Position numbers and translations under genes: made by a program. A stretch of 64,000 bases of DNA, from positions 192,001-256,000 of the forward strand of contig JBGAHS010000003.1 of NCBI GenBank assembly GCA_044226015.1, written 5' to 3'. How positions within the stretch are numbered: position 1 is the stretch's first letter; each line of letters begins with the position of its first letter. Shown one piece after another: positions 61,648 to 64,000 of the stretch. The notes beneath the pieces are model-generated. The model was given only the letters and a program-made list of their open reading frames with translations. It ran no database searches and was not told where the DNA came from. The stretch is from Candidatus Obscuribacteraceae bacterium. GTDB taxonomy: Bacteria; Cyanobacteriota; Vampirovibrionia; Obscuribacterales; Obscuribacteraceae.

Positions 61648-62151
61648 TTAAGAGAACAAATTAGCGTCTCGTGCCGATGCTACCAACCAGTTGATGCAGC
61701 CAGGTGTTGCTAGCCCGCCAGTTACACCCGCACAGCCCCAGAGAACGCGTTTCATAGCATCCTGAGTTCCAGCAGCCATATGCATGAAGCCCATAATCAT
61801 TGTTGGTCCGCCCCAGGCAATGCCTAATATTTCCATTCCATTTGCAATGATGTTGAGCAATGCTTCGAGGTTGGCAAGGTTATTTACACGCACAGTACCT
61901 GCAGTATTAATGCCCTGAATAACAGTTGCATCATTGCCTTGCGGTCCTATGGTTCCAAAATTAGCGCCCTGCAACATCGGCGCCGAAGCGTAGCCCCCTT
62001 GCATTGTCTGCGAACCAGTGTAGAAGCCAGTGTTATTGGTTTGATTTCCCGTCGCTGCAGTCGAGTCAAATGCGTCTTGTGCTAATGCTGGACCAGCAAG
62101 GGAAAGCACAACTGCCGAAGCCATAGTAAGTTTAGCGATATTCTTGATCAT
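61648..62151 (-). CDS. VirB2/TrbC-like pilin-domain protein, copy 2
   Basis: 167 aa; last 94 aa are 92/94 identical to 53238..53741. Confidence 0.7.
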   Translation of the reverse strand: MIKNIAKLTMASAVVLSLAGPALAQDAFDSTAATGNQTNNTGFYTGSQTMQGGYASAPMLQGANFGTIGPQGNDATVIQGINTAGTVRVNNLANLEALLNIIANGMEILGIAWGGPTMIMGFMHMAAGTQDAMKRVLWGCAGVTGGLATPGCINWLVASARDANLFS

Positions 62152-62275
62152 GATAGTGTTCTCTTAGTAAGTGGAAGTTAGTAAGATGCATTCAGTCAAA
62201 CGAACATCAGGTTCGTTTCCTTGATTGCCGGAGTTAGAATCGTCTGCGCTGCTGAATTTTGCGCTTCATGATTTA

Positions 62276-62309
62276 AGTTTACGATTTGACCTTGCCGAGT
62301 AAAAGTACC
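62276..62309 (-). promoter_or_regulatory. Sigma70-type promoter of pilin-like copy 2
   Basis: GGTAC-TTTTAC-17bp-TAAACT. Confidence 0.5.
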
Positions 62310-62340
62310 AAAAGTAATGAGCAAGTAATGCTTTAGCTGC

Positions 62341-62775
62341 ATGACCAAAAGCATCCCCGTGACACATCAACAATTAGCAAACCGAATAGCACAAAACAAA
62401 GCAGAACACCCAGATTTGTCAGCTTTGACTGACAATCCGAGTGTTCTGATGCAACATGACCTCAGTAATGGTTGGGCGCATCTATTCGGCGTGACTAGCA
62501 TGCACCGCAGCCAAGCTGAGCTATCATGTACGCTTCCATGGGGACTCTTCCTCACGCTCGTCTATGTACTCTTCGAGCTGTTTCCGAAAGAAACCGTTGA
62601 TGCTCTCAAGATAGGTTGGTTGACGCATGATATCGTAACCCGCGTAATTTCGGAGCCAATAATCCAACGAATTGTGTTCGTCCCGGTTTTGCTCTTTATT
62701 CAATACATGAACATGCATTTTGTCCAGCAGATCAACCGAACGATGCTCATGGCGGCAGTGCTGCCAATGCTCTAG
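62341..62775 (+). CDS. Hypothetical membrane protein, possibly a remnant
   Basis: Two hydrophobic segments, no clear RBS. Confidence 0.4.
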   Translation: MTKSIPVTHQQLANRIAQNKAEHPDLSALTDNPSVLMQHDLSNGWAHLFGVTSMHRSQAELSCTLPWGLFLTLVYVLFELFPKETVDALKIGWLTHDIVTRVISEPIIQRIVFVPVLLFIQYMNMHFVQQINRTMLMAAVLPML

Positions 62776-63161
62776 CCTTTGATTGTTGATGTTAATGCAC
62801 ATGATAATCACCTACCTTCGTAAGTTGAATTCAGGCAAGAGCATCTTGCGGGAGCTCTCGTCACGCCTCTTCACTCACTCATCTTTTATTTAGTTCCCTT
62901 ACATTTCCATCATCGCGAAATTGACAAAAACCAACATCAATCCGCTGATGTAATTTCCCCCCTCGATCCAGTGAAACAGACATCCCCTTTCCGAGGGATG
63001 TCGACAAAAATGGCTTAGTTTCAAGCTTTGGAGGAAGCAAGAAATGTCGACGATCTGAACGATCGAGCTTTTTGTCAGCACATTCGGGGGGGGCCGCGTG
63101 TGTATGGTGTGCAACGAGTACGTGTTTGGAGAATTGCTCTTTGACTCAATGCATGAAGACA

Positions 63162-63195
63162 ACAAAGTGGCGAGCCCAAGGGCTCACCACTTTGT
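63162..63195 (-). terminator. Hairpin/terminator after the small membrane protein gene
   Basis: ACAAAGTGGTGAGCC-CTTG-GGCTCGCCACTTTGT on the minus strand (one G-U pair). Confidence 0.7.
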
Positions 63196-63213
63196 CGGTC
63201 CATCAACACCGCT

Positions 63214-63363
63214 TTACACGGTCGTCGGTCTGCCGGTGAGAAGATCAAATACAAAGATAGCCAGTGCTAGTACGAGCAGAGCATGGATAAACCCACCGCC
63301 AATATGTGCCACAAAGCCAATTAACCAGAACGCTACGAGCAGTGAAATCAATGTGTAAAGCAT
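63214..63363 (-). CDS. lmo0937-family (DUF5670) small membrane protein, 49 aa
   Basis: Below the ORF-track cutoff; MLYTLISLLVAFWLIGFVAHIGGGFIHALLVLALAIFVFDLLTGRPTTV; GAGG RBS. Confidence 0.88.
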   Translation of the reverse strand: MLYTLISLLVAFWLIGFVAHIGGGFIHALLVLALAIFVFDLLTGRPTTV

Positions 63364-63478
63364 GATGTTGTTCCTCTTATCAGTTATCAAATCTTTGATG
63401 AGTTATTAGATTCACGAGAGAGAAGCAAGTTCCAAAACACATACTTTGGACAACAAACTATATCGAGAGCAATGCAGC

Positions 63479-64000
63479 CTACCCGCAAATCCATTGCAGT
63501 ACGGTCGATTTACACTGCTCAAAAAGTTGCAACGAGCGTAATGCATTATGCGCCTCTCTCGACGCGATATTCAGTTCGTCTTCAGTAGAATTTTCACTAA
63601 ACCTCGAAAGACTGAATTTAAGCCATTCCAGGAGATAAGCAAGTTCCCCATCAGCGGCAATTCGCATCGCATGCTCTGGCGGTCTGCCACCATTTGCCTT
63701 GATGTAAGCCTCATAGCAGGCTGTAAAACAGTCTTTGTCGGGCAGATTGTCTGGAAATCCACTCCAATCCAAACAGAGATTTAGCAACTCAACTGCCGGA
63801 TTCTGCAATGATGCTGATTCCCAATCTATCAACCAAGGAATACCTTCATAGGTCCAGATGACATTCTGTTGATCGAGATCCGCATGAGAGAGCACCATAT
63901 TTTCAGCTAAACGTGGAAGCGCAAGATTTGCAGCTTCCGTCCATCGATTTAGATGACAAATATTTTCTCGCAAGACGCTGCTAATCGATGAATTCATGCC
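63479..64000 (-). CDS. Aminoglycoside phosphotransferase/choline kinase-like protein, 5' end probably outside the window
   Basis: SHADLDQQNV Brenner motif, LIDWE, P..EL. Confidence 0.85.
   Translation of the reverse strand, partial: GMNSSISSVLRENICHLNRWTEAANLALPRLAENMVLSHADLDQQNVIWTYEGIPWLIDWESASLQNPAVELLNLCLDWSGFPDNLPDKDCFTACYEAYIKANGGRPPEHAMRIAADGELAYLLEWLKFSLSRFSENSTEDELNIASREAHNALRSLQLFEQCKSTVLQWICG

Noticed and set aside
62899..63120. Hairpin GACATCCC/GGGATGTC as a riboswitch or sRNA
   Set aside because: Single hairpin with no recognisable aptamer consensus.

Overview
Chromosomal window with a mix of housekeeping and accessory genes. It is most plausibly from a non-photosynthetic cyanobacterial relative (Vampirovibrionia/Melainabacteria, Obscuribacterales-like). 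That assignment is an inference from the cyanobacteria-type atpD/atpC arrangement, the 6S RNA and tRNA-Met style, and the many OmpR/histidine-kinase and orphan genes. Housekeeping genes include atpD, atpC, pyrE, mqo, a K+ channel, an epimerase, a PuuD-type hydrolase, an ornithine cyclodeaminase, tRNA-Met(CAT) and a probable 6S RNA. Main observations: (1) two ORFs at 5099-6133 join through an in-frame TGA followed by a SECIS-like hairpin, giving a probable exported SelN-like selenoprotein; (2) five promoters share one geometry (4x GAC at 11-bp period, then a -10 box 13 bp later) upstream of a subtilase, three Tad pseudopilin genes and a secreted unknown, which looks like a regulon; (3) a divergent ClpP lies inside the atpD-atpC operon; (4) an ART-like polymorphic toxin has a candidate immunity gene; (5) two VirB2/TrbC-like pilin paralogs are almost identical in protein; (6) one polypeptide carries two complete histidine kinases; (7) a TetR / metallothionein-like peptide / degenerate ThiF operon; (8) tandem kinase paralogs show a gene-conversion-like tract. 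I saw no CRISPR array, IS element or prophage. All calls were made by eye without database searches.
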